Source: an uncultured cyanobacterium (GTDB lineage Bacteria > Cyanobacteriota > Cyanobacteriia > Cyanobacteriales > CAWCAG01). From it: a stretch of DNA of 64,000 nucleotides. Below, one piece after another: positions 10,767-20,766 of the stretch (within the stretch, counting starts at the first letter, position 1; each line of letters starts with the position of its first letter). The DNA lies in assembly GCA_963793425.1 (NCBI GenBank), contig CAWCAG010000005.1, forward strand, positions 736,001-800,000, given 5' to 3'. Position numbers and translations under genes: made by a program. The notes under the pieces were generated by a model that worked only from the letters and a program-made list of their open reading frames with translations, was not told the origin of the DNA and made no database searches.

Positions 10767-11138
10767 TTACAGTTTAAGCTCAAGAGGTTGACAAAAATCC
10801 TCTACTCCTTGCTCAACTATATAAATAACCACAATAGCGGCTAAAACCGCCGGACAAACTTTTTGTTCAATTAAATGTTTGACCATCAAACTAACATTAT
10901 TATTGGTCAAATCTTCCCTAAATTCAGCTTGACAAATCACGGTACGATATCTTTTCGCTATCCCATCTAACCAATTAATGCGGTCAGGTTGCTGTCCTGC
11001 TTGAATCGCTAAAGCTAAGGCTGCATCTTCTAAGCTGCCTTCACAATCTTCTAACATATCCAAAGCAACTAAAGCTTCAGAATAAATTGCTAGTTGGTTA
11101 CGATATTGGCTAATTTCTTTAATGGTAAGAGTAATCAT
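10767..11138 (-). CDS. Hypothetical cyanobacterial protein
   Basis: 123-aa ORF filling the gap between convergent/divergent neighbours; no motif recognised. Confidence 0.7.
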   Translation of the reverse strand: MITLTIKEISQYRNQLAIYSEALVALDMLEDCEGSLEDAALALAIQAGQQPDRINWLDGIAKRYRTVICQAEFREDLTNNNVSLMVKHLIEQKVCPAVLAAIVVIYIVEQGVEDFCQPLELKL

Positions 11139-11191
11139 TCAAAGTTATAGTTTTAGAAGGAAAAGCACATAGCTAGTTTATTAAATAAATT

Positions 11192-11479
11192 ATGTCAGAA
11201 CCAATTACCCCACAAATCAGCGATCGCATTTGTAAGCATATGAACGAAGATCATGCTGAGGCAATAGTACTTTATGCTCAAGTGTTTGGCAGCAGCCCTG
11301 AAGCAGAAGCAGCAAAGCTTAAGGCTATTGACCCTCAAGGTATGGATATAATCACTGAAGTTAAAGGGGAGTCTGTACCTGTACGAGTAAGTTTTGCTAC
11401 CCCTCTTAAGGATGCAGAAGATGCCCACCATACTTTAATCGAAATGGTGAAACAAGCTAGGAAAGTGGCTAGTAGCTAA
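11192..11479 (+). CDS. DUF2470 domain protein (HugZ/GluTR-binding-like domain)
   Basis: RICKHMNEDHAEAI motif. Confidence 0.85.
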   Translation: MSEPITPQISDRICKHMNEDHAEAIVLYAQVFGSSPEAEAAKLKAIDPQGMDIITEVKGESVPVRVSFATPLKDAEDAHHTLIEMVKQARKVASS

Positions 11480-11508
11480 TAGCTAGTGACCTAGTGTGTG
11501 ACTATCTT

Positions 11509-11600
11509 GGGTTGCCCGCCCTACATTTAAGCCCCGTAAAGGGCGACCCAATTAGTTTGGTTTGTAGGTAACTAAAATAACGGAGATGGGTCGCCCCTAC
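11509..11600 (-). repeat. GTAG-type REP-like hairpin cluster
   Basis: GGGCGACCCA (11541-11550) / TGGGTCGCCC (11587-11596) inverted repeat flanked by CTAC; second half-element GGGTTGCCCGCCCTAC at 11509-11524. Confidence 0.6.
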
Positions 11601-11886
11601 GTGATGATATTTCTTCCGAAGAAATATCAAAAGCCTAACTCCTGGATACATCTTGTATTTGTCAAAACATGAGAAAGAAAAGATGCTATTTTTTTGCTTT
11701 GTCAAGGAAACTTCAGCTTCTATTTTTCCTGATTTCGGTATTTTCGCAAAACGTGAGATGCTCCCTGCCTGTTTCCTAAATTAGCGTAATTCAGCAATAA
11801 CGAATAATTATTCCAGATTTCAGATTACTTCTCAGAATAAAGTAAAGACGTACTGGCGTGCGTCAGTCCTTATTTGTTGAGGAGTA

Positions 11887-13212
11887 ATGGAAAGACTACA
11901 CCAGCCAGGAGATATTATTGCTGATCGCTACCGCATTGTTGCTTTTTTGGGCAAAGGTACTTTCAGCAATACCTACGAAGCAGAAGACTTAACTAATCAT
12001 AAATGCGTTGCTCTCAAAGCTGTCTCCTTAACTCAGATGGCAGAGTGGCAGGTTTTAGATTTATTACAGCGAGAGGCAAAAGTTTTAGGAAATCTCCATC
12101 ATCCGGCTATCCCTAGCTACCTAAACTATTTTACTTTAAATTTGCCTGAAGATCGCTGTTTTTATTTGGTTCAGGAGTTGGTTAATGGGGAATCTCTTGC
12201 TAGTTTGGTTAATCAAGGTTGGCGGGCTGATGAAGAAGAAGTTAAAAGTATCGCCATCCAAATTTTGGAGATTCTCGACTATCTTCACAACCTTACTCCT
12301 CCGGTAATTCATCGCGATATTAAACCACAAAATATTGTTCGCCGCCGGGATGGTAAAGTGTTTCTCGTCGATTTTGGAGCGGTACAAGATGTTTATCGCA
12401 ATACTTCAAGTTGTGGGGGAACATTCGCTGGTACATTGGGTTATATGCCCCCAGAACAGTTCCGAGGTCAAGTTGGGGCAGCTTCTGATTTGTATGGCGT
12501 TGGGGCAACTTTATTATTCTTACTAACTGGGCGATCGCCTGATGATTTTCCTCAACACCGCCTTAAAGTAGATTTTCGCCGTTGGGTTAAGGGTTCTTGG
12601 GAATTTATTAATTGGTTAGAAAAGCTTCTTGAACCTGCTATTGAAAATCGCTTTACCTCTGCAAAAGAAGCTTTAGAAAGTTTAGTAAAGTTACGCTTTA
12701 TACCTCGTGGTTCAGCTTTGAGTTGCAGCAAACCATTAGGTACAAAAATAGTTTTAACCAAGACTAATCGCAGAATAACTATTAAGCTTCCCCCTCCACA
12801 AGGTTGGTTATTCTGGTTTGGCTTATTTTGGAATCTATCTATTGTTTTATTAATTGCCGGAAGTTTGCTAGGGGGTTGGTTAGCTTTTTCTCTAACCTTC
12901 ATTTTACTGATTCCTTGGTTGATAGTTGGTTGGTTAACTTTACAAACTGCTCTTTCAACAACTTATTTAGAAATTGACAAACAAAATTTTGTTTTGCAAT
13001 GGCAAATTGGTAAATTCATACCTCGTTATATTCAAGGAAAAACAGCAGATATTGAGCAAATAGAACTGGAATTTAAAAGAAGCAAAGCAAGTCGTATAGC
13101 AACTTCTTGCCTGCTGTGGCAAGGAGTAAGGAAGCATCGTTTTGGTTCGCAATTGCGCGAAGAGAATGAATGGTTGGTAGCAGAGTTAAAGAGTTTTTTA
13201 GGTGATAGGTAA
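11887..13212 (+). CDS. Hanks-type Ser/Thr protein kinase with C-terminal TM helices
   Basis: LGKGTFS, VALK, HRDIKPQN, DFG, GYMPPE, DLYGVG; hydrophobic segments near aa 305-355. Confidence 0.93.
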   Translation: MERLHQPGDIIADRYRIVAFLGKGTFSNTYEAEDLTNHKCVALKAVSLTQMAEWQVLDLLQREAKVLGNLHHPAIPSYLNYFTLNLPEDRCFYLVQELVNGESLASLVNQGWRADEEEVKSIAIQILEILDYLHNLTPPVIHRDIKPQNIVRRRDGKVFLVDFGAVQDVYRNTSSCGGTFAGTLGYMPPEQFRGQVGAASDLYGVGATLLFLLTGRSPDDFPQHRLKVDFRRWVKGSWEFINWLEKLLEPAIENRFTSAKEALESLVKLRFIPRGSALSCSKPLGTKIVLTKTNRRITIKLPPPQGWLFWFGLFWNLSIVLLIAGSLLGGWLAFSLTFILLIPWLIVGWLTLQTALSTTYLEIDKQNFVLQWQIGKFIPRYIQGKTADIEQIELEFKRSKASRIATSCLLWQGVRKHRFGSQLREENEWLVAELKSFLGDR

Positions 13213-13213
13213 T

Positions 13214-14578
13214 ATGGGATTATTACAAGCAAGAGAATTTTTAATTCGTGACCGTTATCGATGTAAAAAAGTTTTAGGCAAAAGCAATTTTAATATCACC
13301 TACGAAGCAGAAGATACGATTAATAGTCAATCTGTAGTTATTAAAGCTTTGTCTTTTGCGAGTCTCAAAGATTGGAAAATACTAGAACTATTTGAAAGAG
13401 AAGCTAAAATACTTGCTTCCCTCAATCATTCTGGCATTCCTAAATATTTTGATCACTTTTTTGAAGATAGTGACACAGACCACACTTTTTATTTAGTGCA
13501 AGAATTGATTCCCGGACAATCCTTAGCTAATTTAATTACTCAAGGATGGCATGGAAACGAAATAGAAATCAAAGCTATTACTCAACAAATACTTGAAATT
13601 TTACAATACCTACAAAGTTATCAAATAGCTGTAATTCATCGGGACATCAAACCGGATAATATTATTCGTCGCGACGATGGCAAAATTTTCTTGGTTGATT
13701 TTGGGGCCGTGAAAGAACGATATCGTAGCTCATTAAACCGAGATAATACCTTCGTTGGAACCTTCGGTTATATGTCCCCAGAACAAGCCCAAGGAAAAGC
13801 TTACTTCGCTTCTGATTTATATAGCTTAGGGGCAACCACTCTTTTTCTTCTAACCCATCGTTCTCCTGATGAGTTGCCCCAGGAAAAAATGAGAGTGAAC
13901 TTCCGTTCTCAAGTAAACATTTCTGAAGTATTTGCTAATTGGTTAGAGAAAATGCTCGAACCAATTGTAGAAGAAAGATTCAAATCGGCAAAGGAGGCAC
14001 TTAAATGTTTACAGAATAATCAAGAAAGTACCAGTATCTTGCCCCTGACTCGCCCTCAGCCCAAGAATAGCCGCATTAAGTTAGTGAAAACTAATCAATG
14101 TTTAAAAATTACTATTCCTCCTGCTGGATTACAGAGAAGAAGCTTAAAAATACTTTTATTAGCATTGAGTACTAATGCTTTTACTCTTTTAAGCACTTGG
14201 GCTACTGTTCACTGGCAACTACCGATTCTTCTCTATTTGTTCTTGCTTCCTTTTTGGCTTATTTCTCTAGCTTCTTTGAGTATATTAACCTTCGCGATCG
14301 CTACTTCTAGTTATCTAAAAATTGAGCCAAAAAGATTTCGTTTAGGTTGGCATTGCTTAGGGTTTAATTACTATTTTCAAGGAAAAACAGCTAATATAAA
14401 AAATGCCTCTCTAGAAATAAAAACTAATCCTCACCAAAAGAAAAGCATCTACGCGGTTATTCAAGAAGATTGCCAAAAACATAAATTTTGCTGGGGAACT
14501 ACAGTTATTGAGAAAACTTGGTTGGTAGCAGAAATTAAGGACTTTCTAGAAAAAAGAAAGCCTCTAACCAAGAAATAA
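13214..14578 (+). CDS. Hanks-type Ser/Thr protein kinase with C-terminal TM helices (paralog of upstream gene)
   Basis: VVIK, HRDIKPDN, DFG, GYMSPE, DLYSLG; same architecture; ATG 1 nt after the upstream stop. Confidence 0.92.
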   Translation: MGLLQAREFLIRDRYRCKKVLGKSNFNITYEAEDTINSQSVVIKALSFASLKDWKILELFEREAKILASLNHSGIPKYFDHFFEDSDTDHTFYLVQELIPGQSLANLITQGWHGNEIEIKAITQQILEILQYLQSYQIAVIHRDIKPDNIIRRDDGKIFLVDFGAVKERYRSSLNRDNTFVGTFGYMSPEQAQGKAYFASDLYSLGATTLFLLTHRSPDELPQEKMRVNFRSQVNISEVFANWLEKMLEPIVEERFKSAKEALKCLQNNQESTSILPLTRPQPKNSRIKLVKTNQCLKITIPPAGLQRRSLKILLLALSTNAFTLLSTWATVHWQLPILLYLFLLPFWLISLASLSILTFAIATSSYLKIEPKRFRLGWHCLGFNYYFQGKTANIKNASLEIKTNPHQKKSIYAVIQEDCQKHKFCWGTTVIEKTWLVAEIKDFLEKRKPLTKK

Positions 14579-14603
14579 AGCTAATCAAATTTAACCTATC
14601 AAA

Positions 14604-15308
14604 ATGAATCAACCTCTCTATATTGCCATTGCCAATGAGTTAAGAAGAAGGATTAATCACCGAACTTATGCAATTGGTCAAAAATTACCCACAGAAACTC
14701 AACTTGCAGAATATTTTCAGGTTAACCGCCATACCATTAGAAAAGCAGTTAGTCTCTTAAAAAGAGAAGGATTATTACGAGTAGGACAAGGTCGAGGAAC
14801 TTTTGTTGCCGGTAGTCCGATTAATTACCCTCTAATTGAGCTAAATGATGAAACAAAAGCTTTAGAAAATCAAGGCAGACAAAGTAGTTTTAACTTGTTA
14901 CAAGCAATTACAACTACCGCCAATACAGCAGTAGCTGAAAGTTTAGGTTTATCCTTAGAAGAACCTATAGCTTTAATTGAATACGTAACTTTAGCCGATG
15001 GTCAACCTATTAGCGTTAGTAATAGTTATTTTTCTCTGCACCGCTTTCCTGATATTTTGCAACATTGCTATAAAACTCCTTCTATTTCCTTGCTATTACA
15101 GCAAGTTTATGAGTGCGATCGCTGCCATAAAACAACTTGGATTTCTACTAGTAAGGTCAAACCCCAAGATGCTAGATTATTAGAATTGCCCCTCACCTAT
15201 CCGATCTTAGTAACTAAATCAGTAAATGTAGACCAGCAAAACAGCGCAATTGAGTACCAAATAACCCGGTGGCGAGGGGATTTAGTAGAATTAGTCTTGT
15301 CTTATTAG
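14604..15308 (+). CDS. GntR/HutC-family regulator with UTRA domain (PhnF-like)
   Basis: LPTETQLAEYFQVNRHTIRKA...GRGTFV wHTH; VNRHT motif characteristic of PhnF; C-terminal UTRA. Confidence 0.85.
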   Translation: MNQPLYIAIANELRRRINHRTYAIGQKLPTETQLAEYFQVNRHTIRKAVSLLKREGLLRVGQGRGTFVAGSPINYPLIELNDETKALENQGRQSSFNLLQAITTTANTAVAESLGLSLEEPIALIEYVTLADGQPISVSNSYFSLHRFPDILQHCYKTPSISLLLQQVYECDRCHKTTWISTSKVKPQDARLLELPLTYPILVTKSVNVDQQNSAIEYQITRWRGDLVELVLSY

Positions 15309-15450
15309 GGGAAGTAATAAGTAATAAATAATAGTTCAATAATGGATAATTACTTCATTTAGAACACCAATTTTGTGTAAGTTAGATAAATAAGGAGTTG
15401 TATGTAAGGCAATAGTACTGGGAATGCAGATTAAACTCTGCATACTTTTT

Positions 15451-15831
15451 ATGCCGAGAAGAAAGAAAAAATTTCCTTGCGGCCATTTGGGATACGGTCA
15501 GATTTGTCACCGGTGCGCGCAAAAAAAGGCAAACCTGTCGCAAAAGCAACGGGAAAAACAGCGATGGGAAGAGACTTTCACCCATGATCCTATTGATTTA
15601 AGAACTTTACCTCGTAATGTAGTAATTAAGGCCAGAAAAATAATCACTGCTTTAAAAACCCATAAAGATTATCGCGACTTCCGAGGTAAGCGTTTGCGTC
15701 ATGATCGTTTTATTATTAGTATTCCTGTTACTCGTAGCTACCGCTTAATCTGTCGTGACTGTGGTAACGTCCTAACTCCAGAAGCTGTTGTTTCCCATGA
15801 AGAATATAATGTGCGGAAACCAGGAGGCTAA
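15451..15831 (+). CDS. Basic protein with N-terminal Cys/His (Zn-binding-like) motif and RelE/ParE-like C-terminus
   Basis: FPCGHLGYGQICHRC; GKRL...ISIPVTRSYRLI...VVSHEEYN. Confidence 0.6.
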   Translation: MPRRKKKFPCGHLGYGQICHRCAQKKANLSQKQREKQRWEETFTHDPIDLRTLPRNVVIKARKIITALKTHKDYRDFRGKRLRHDRFIISIPVTRSYRLICRDCGNVLTPEAVVSHEEYNVRKPGG

Positions 15832-15984
15832 AGGTAATACTAAATCTGTGTTGAGTGGCATGACTTATCTGTTGTGGAAGGGAGCAGGGAGTAGGGTCTG
15901 AGAACTTTAATTCCTTGATTTTATGAAGGTACTTTATGAGCAGGATTTAGTGTAATTTGGCAAAATTAGAGGCAAGAGACAACT

Positions 15985-16953
15985 TTACCAGTCACTAATA
16001 GCCACAGATAACTGAAACTTCTGATATTGCTGATAAATATAAACTTCATTATTACTACAATATTTAAGATAAATAATTTTCAATAAAAAGCTCCAAGCTG
16101 ATAGAGAAAAAATGGCCGGAGTAGCAATTTTAATAGCCGTTATTAAACATCTCTCTTTCAAACTTACTATAGCCCAATGTAAACAAAGATACTTCTTGAT
16201 ATCGACCAACTCTGGTAGATAGGGTCGATATTTAAGAGAAACACGAGTATAAATTCTGCTTTTGATTAAAAAATTTGTTTTCCAGCGTTTAACTAAAGAA
16301 AACTTTTGGTTGTAAGATGCTGACCAAAGAGTTCTATAAGCCAAATACTTGTTGAGTATTACTGCATTACCATATTGAGCAATTCTGAGCCAAGAGTCAA
16401 TATCATCACAATTACCATCTAAAGTAGAATCCCAACCTCCTGATTTAAAAAAAGCATTTCTTTGGAAAGCAACTTGTACAGGAGTACCAAAAGGAAGCAT
16501 CTCCATCAGCATGGCATAGTGAATATCTTCTTGGAGAATCCGAAAATCATCACACTTTCCCTTGGTAGGAGTGCGGCTTACTTCAGTTTCTTGCTTATCT
16601 ACTTGAACTGCTTGGCAAGAACAAATAACCGCTTTTGGATAGTTACCGAGGGCAGCCACCATTTTCTCAATACAATCAGGGGCTAAATAATCATCATCAT
16701 CTAAAAGTTTGATCCAATCTCCGGTTGCTACGCTAACTCCGGCATTCACAGTTTTAGAATGACCAAGATTTTCGACATTATGATAATAAACAACCTTATT
16801 GTTAAGACTTTTAATATATTCTGCTGTACCATCATCAGAACAATCATCCGCAACTACTACCTCACAAGAAACAGTTTGATTTAAAGCTGACTCTATAGCT
16901 CTTTTTAAGAGAGATAAACGATTGTAGGTAGTGATAACAATACTGAAGTTCAT
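15985..16953 (-). CDS. Glycosyltransferase family 2
   Basis: FSIVITTYNR, VADDCSDDGT, LLDDDD. Confidence 0.92.
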   Translation of the reverse strand: MNFSIVITTYNRLSLLKRAIESALNQTVSCEVVVADDCSDDGTAEYIKSLNNKVVYYHNVENLGHSKTVNAGVSVATGDWIKLLDDDDYLAPDCIEKMVAALGNYPKAVICSCQAVQVDKQETEVSRTPTKGKCDDFRILQEDIHYAMLMEMLPFGTPVQVAFQRNAFFKSGGWDSTLDGNCDDIDSWLRIAQYGNAVILNKYLAYRTLWSASYNQKFSLVKRWKTNFLIKSRIYTRVSLKYRPYLPELVDIKKYLCLHWAIVSLKERCLITAIKIATPAIFSLSAWSFLLKIIYLKYCSNNEVYIYQQYQKFQLSVAISDW

Positions 16954-17059
16954 AGATTGTAGATTTGCTTATATACACTTCAATTTTCCTCAATCTATGT
17001 TAGAGATGATGTTCGCGATCGCGTATAAGTTTTTGCTCCCTTCCTTCCTACAGCTACAT

Positions 17060-17923
17060 TTAAGAAATATTAATTTGGGAGCGAAATTCTGCTACACCTT
17101 TAATACCCAAATTGAGGTGAAAAACAGCCCCTGCCCCTTCTCCTTCTTTTGCTCGATTATCTCCTCCTGCGGTGGTAACGTATATATCTGTATAATTTAG
17201 ACCACCAAAAGTTACACAAGAAACTTTCTTCGCCGGAAACTCAATGCGTAACACTTCTTTTCCTTCCGGACTATAACGAAATAAATGTTCTCCATTCCAA
17301 CGTGCTGACCAAATATAGCCCTGGGCATCTACTGTTAAACCATCGGGTACACCCTGATCTGGAGGGATATTAATATGAACCCTGGGATTACACAAAGTTC
17401 CTGCCACTGGTTCCCAATCCCACAAAGATATTTTCCCTTCTCCAGAATCAGTATGATAAATATTTTTGCGGTTTGGGGTGAAGCCCATACCATTAGAAAG
17501 CCCAATACCATCAACTACTTTATTAATAGTGCCATCAAGATCGAGGCGATATAAGCTAGCTAAATGTTGCTTCGTTGGCATTGTGCCACAAAAAACTCGT
17601 CCGGCGGGGTCGGCGATCGCATCATTAAAACGTCCTTGCTCTTCCCCTGGCAATTCTTTAATTAAAGAAGTAATCTCACCCTCTTGCCACCGTTCAATTG
17701 CGCCACGGGCTTTAAATAGAAGCAGAGAACCATCTTTTTGTAAAGTAATTGCCCCCACCGCTTCCCCTTGGTAAATTTGTTCACTTTCCTGGGTTTGGGG
17801 GTAGTAGCGAAACATCTTTCCTTGGGGAATATCACTCCAATAAAGACATTGTTCATCAGGATGCCAAAGAGGAACTTCGGCATTATGACATTGGTGATCG
17901 GCAACTATTTTCGGTTGATTCAT
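17060..17923 (-). CDS. SMP-30/gluconolactonase/LRE family protein
   Basis: AEVPLWH, RFNDA, SNGMGF, PDGLTVD, TFGG motifs; 4-nt overlap with nadA. Confidence 0.92.
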   Translation of the reverse strand: MNQPKIVADHQCHNAEVPLWHPDEQCLYWSDIPQGKMFRYYPQTQESEQIYQGEAVGAITLQKDGSLLLFKARGAIERWQEGEITSLIKELPGEEQGRFNDAIADPAGRVFCGTMPTKQHLASLYRLDLDGTINKVVDGIGLSNGMGFTPNRKNIYHTDSGEGKISLWDWEPVAGTLCNPRVHINIPPDQGVPDGLTVDAQGYIWSARWNGEHLFRYSPEGKEVLRIEFPAKKVSCVTFGGLNYTDIYVTTAGGDNRAKEGEGAGAVFHLNLGIKGVAEFRSQINIS

Positions 17924-18891
17924 TGGCTCATTGCTAACATTCTCTCAATAGGTTTTCTGGCTGCAATGATCGTATCTTCGGGCAAAACGATTTCTGGCTG
18001 GCGATTCTTCATAGCTAAATACAATTTTTCCAAAGTATTAAGGCGCATATGAGGACATTCATTGCAGTTACAATTACTAGTAGAAGGAGCAGGAATAAAG
18101 TGTTTCTGGGGTGCTTCTTTCTGCATTTGGTGAATGATACCTGGTTCCGTAGCCACCACAAATTCTTTACTGCTACTTTGTTGAGAATATTTTAACAGAG
18201 CAGTGGTTGAACCCACATAATTAGCATGACGCAAGACAGGAGCTTCGCATTCTGGATGAGCAATAATTTCTGCTTCTGGATGAGCCATCTTCAGTTGCAC
18301 GATTTTCTTTTCTGAAAAGGTTTCGTGAACAATACAACTACCTTGCCACAAAACCAAATCTCGCCCGGTTTTCTCCATCACATAGCGTCCTAAATTACGG
18401 TCAGGGGCAAAGATAATTGCTTGTTCTAAAGGAATTTGTTCAATTATCTGTACGGCATTAGAACTAGTGCAAATAATATCACTCATCGCTTTTATTTCCG
18501 CTGTGCAGTTAATGTAAGACACAACTAAATGGTTGGGATGCGCTGCTTTAAAGGCAGCAAACTCTTGAGGAGGACAGCTATCTGCCAAAGAGCAACCTGC
18601 CTCTAAATCTGGTAAGAGGACAAGTTTATCAGGATTAAGAATCTTAGCTGTCTCCGCCATAAAATGAACCCCAGCAAAAACAATCACCTCCGCTTCTGTA
18701 GCTGCAGCTTGGCGAGAAAGCCCTAAAGAGTCGCCGATATAGTCAGCGATATCCTGAATATCTGGATCTTGATAATAATGAGCTAAAACCACAGCTTTCA
18801 ATTCTCGCTTCAAAGCTTCAATAGCTGCGAATAAGTCGTTAGGTAAGGAATGAAGATTTTTGTTTGGTGAAGATAAGGTTGTCGCAAACAT
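17920..18891 (-). CDS. nadA: Quinolinate synthase
   Basis: [53 protein letters not shown]. Confidence 0.97.
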   Translation of the reverse strand: MFATTLSSPNKNLHSLPNDLFAAIEALKRELKAVVLAHYYQDPDIQDIADYIGDSLGLSRQAAATEAEVIVFAGVHFMAETAKILNPDKLVLLPDLEAGCSLADSCPPQEFAAFKAAHPNHLVVSYINCTAEIKAMSDIICTSSNAVQIIEQIPLEQAIIFAPDRNLGRYVMEKTGRDLVLWQGSCIVHETFSEKKIVQLKMAHPEAEIIAHPECEAPVLRHANYVGSTTALLKYSQQSSSKEFVVATEPGIIHQMQKEAPQKHFIPAPSTSNCNCNECPHMRLNTLEKLYLAMKNRQPEIVLPEDTIIAARKPIERMLAMSQ

Positions 18892-18937
18892 AAAATTTGA
18901 TGTCACCCAAAATTACGAATATGGAGAATTTTACTAA

Positions 18938-18980
18938 TTATAGTAGAAGTCACCAAATATTATAGTTGAATTTACCAAAA
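18938..18980. promoter_or_regulatory. Two tandem NrtR-like operators upstream of nadA
   Basis: TTATAGTAGAAGTCACCAAAT (18938-18958) and TTATAGTTGAATTTACCAAAA (18960-18980), each 21 bp with a GT-N7-AC core. Confidence 0.7.
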
Positions 18981-19096
18981 GTGTGGTTTTGCTAATGCCC
19001 TACATTTAATTTTAATTTTTGCAAAAAAAAAGATTGCTTTTACCTCCTTTTTCGCCTAAAATACTATTCGAGAAGAGTTTAAACCCCCATTTTCCC

Positions 19097-19578
19097 ATGG
19101 AATACATCAACACCTCCATTGCTGCACAAATGTTGAGAGTCTCTCAAAGAAGAGTTCTCTACTTACTCCAACAACAACGTATCAAAGGCGCTTATAAAAA
19201 GCGGACAGGTTGGGTGATACCTTTATATAAAGGCAAACCAAAGGTTTCTCGTGGCACTAGAGGGCCAAAACCTCGTTGGAGTACAACCAAGGGACGGGGG
19301 CAAGAATTATTTATGTCAACAAAAACCACATCACCACCAATGAGAAAAGGATTGCTCAGCATGGGGCTGAAGTACCTTTAAAAACAGTGGTAAGCGTTAG
19401 ACATGGTACAAATAAGACTGTTTTTGGTCACGAACTAGAAATATTTGGCTATTGTCAGATCGTTTACTGCCCGGAGCAACCCCAAGATTGTGGAGCGAGT
19501 TTATGGATAAAAACCTACTCAGATGTGAAGGTAGTAGATAAGTCCAATCCTGATGAATGGTCGTTTATTCGTTGTTAA
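19097..19578 (+). pseudogene. Frameshifted HTH (excisionase-like) DNA-binding protein
   Basis: TSIAAQMLRVSQRRVLYLL HTH in one frame continues as ARIIYVNKNHI...CGASLWIKT in the -1 frame; one extra G in the G5 run at 19296-19300 joins them. Confidence 0.65.
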
Positions 19579-19639
19579 TTGCTAGTCGCTAATGGCTAAT
19601 AGTAATAGTTTTCTCCCCAGCACCCTAGCTCCCCAGCAC

Positions 19640-20595
19640 CTAACTACTAATTCGACATCTCCAACCCTTAACAATTTCCCTTAATTCCGGAGATAACCAA
19701 TCATCATATTGAGGATATAAAGGTAAACGTGGCGCAAGCTGCCAACCTTCTGAAGCAACAATCTTGCCTAGGGATTGAGGAGTAGGATGGGGATAACTGG
19801 GGTTAACTTCATCCTTGGGCCAATTCCCCCTAAATCCCTTGCTCCAGCTTCTAAGCATTGATGTAAAAAGCTTGGTTCATCTATTAAATTAGGGGGAATT
19901 TGAATTGTAATACTGCTAGGAAGAATGGCGCGGGCTGTAGCAATAACTTCCGGTAATTGGTAAAGGTTAAAAGCTGGTGCAGAGAAACTCTGTTGCTGAC
20001 CAGGACTGTGGGGTTGTAGAATAACCTCTTGAATATGACCATAGTGTTGTTGAACAAGTGCGATCGCCTCCAAAGTTTCTTGCCAATCTTCGGGTGTTTC
20101 ACCAATTCCCAACAACATACCTGTAGTGAAGGGAATTCTTAACTTTCCTGCTAACTCTAATTGTGCAAGGCGTAACCCTGGTTCTTTACTAGGGGCGTGA
20201 ATATGTACAGTTTTGCTTAATCTAGGAGTTAACTGCTCTAACATCAAACCTAAAGAAACGTTAACTTCCTTTAACTTACACATCTCTTCTTCTTTTAATG
20301 GCCCAACATTAGTATGGGGCAGAAAACCGAGGGAAAGTGCTAACCGACAAAGATCGTAGATTCTTTGTAACCAAGCTTTTCTCCTAGGGGAGTGAGGATG
20401 TACTTCCCCACTTAAAATAAGAATTTCACAAATTCCCTGAGAAGAGAGACTTGCTAGTTTCTCTTTTGCTTCAGACAAACTCAACCAACCTCCTTCACCA
20501 GGCTCTTGGCGAAAGTTGCAATAACTACAGCGATTAAAGCACTCGTAAGTAGGAACGATTGTATAGGCTGGGGAGTATGTTATTTTGAGACTCAT
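19640..20595 (-). CDS. cofG: FO synthase subunit CofG (radical SAM), apparent 1-bp frameshift near 19817
   Basis: TYSPAYT, CFNRCSYC, PHTNVG, PFTTG, EVILQP, IQIPPNL, GARDLGGIGP; the expected continuation KDEVNP...RLPLYPQY lies in another frame (ORF ending 19640). Confidence 0.88.
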
Positions 20596-20630
20596 AAACT
20601 TAACTAATAATTTACTTAAGACAACTTTAT

Positions 20631-20669
20631 TTAAGATTCCTTTACATTGTTTAATGGAGCTGTTAGTAT
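20631..20669 (+). promoter_or_regulatory. psbA promoter (-35 TTTACA, 17-nt spacer, -10 TAGTAT) with overlapping HLR1-like direct repeat
   Basis: TTTACA 20641-20646, TGTTAGTAT 20661-20669; TTAAGATT-CC-TTTACATT resembles the RpaB-binding HLR1 repeat. Confidence 0.6.
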
Positions 20670-20766
20670 TAGTTCATAAGCAAGTTAAACAAACTTAAAA
20701 GTCTAAACAACCGGAAAGTTAAATAAACCTTGCTCTCATATATCATTCACGCAATTATACTGAACC

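Noticed and set aside
11502..11705. 67-aa minus-strand ORF
   Set aside because: Runs through the REP-like hairpins, has a TTG start and no protein-like motif
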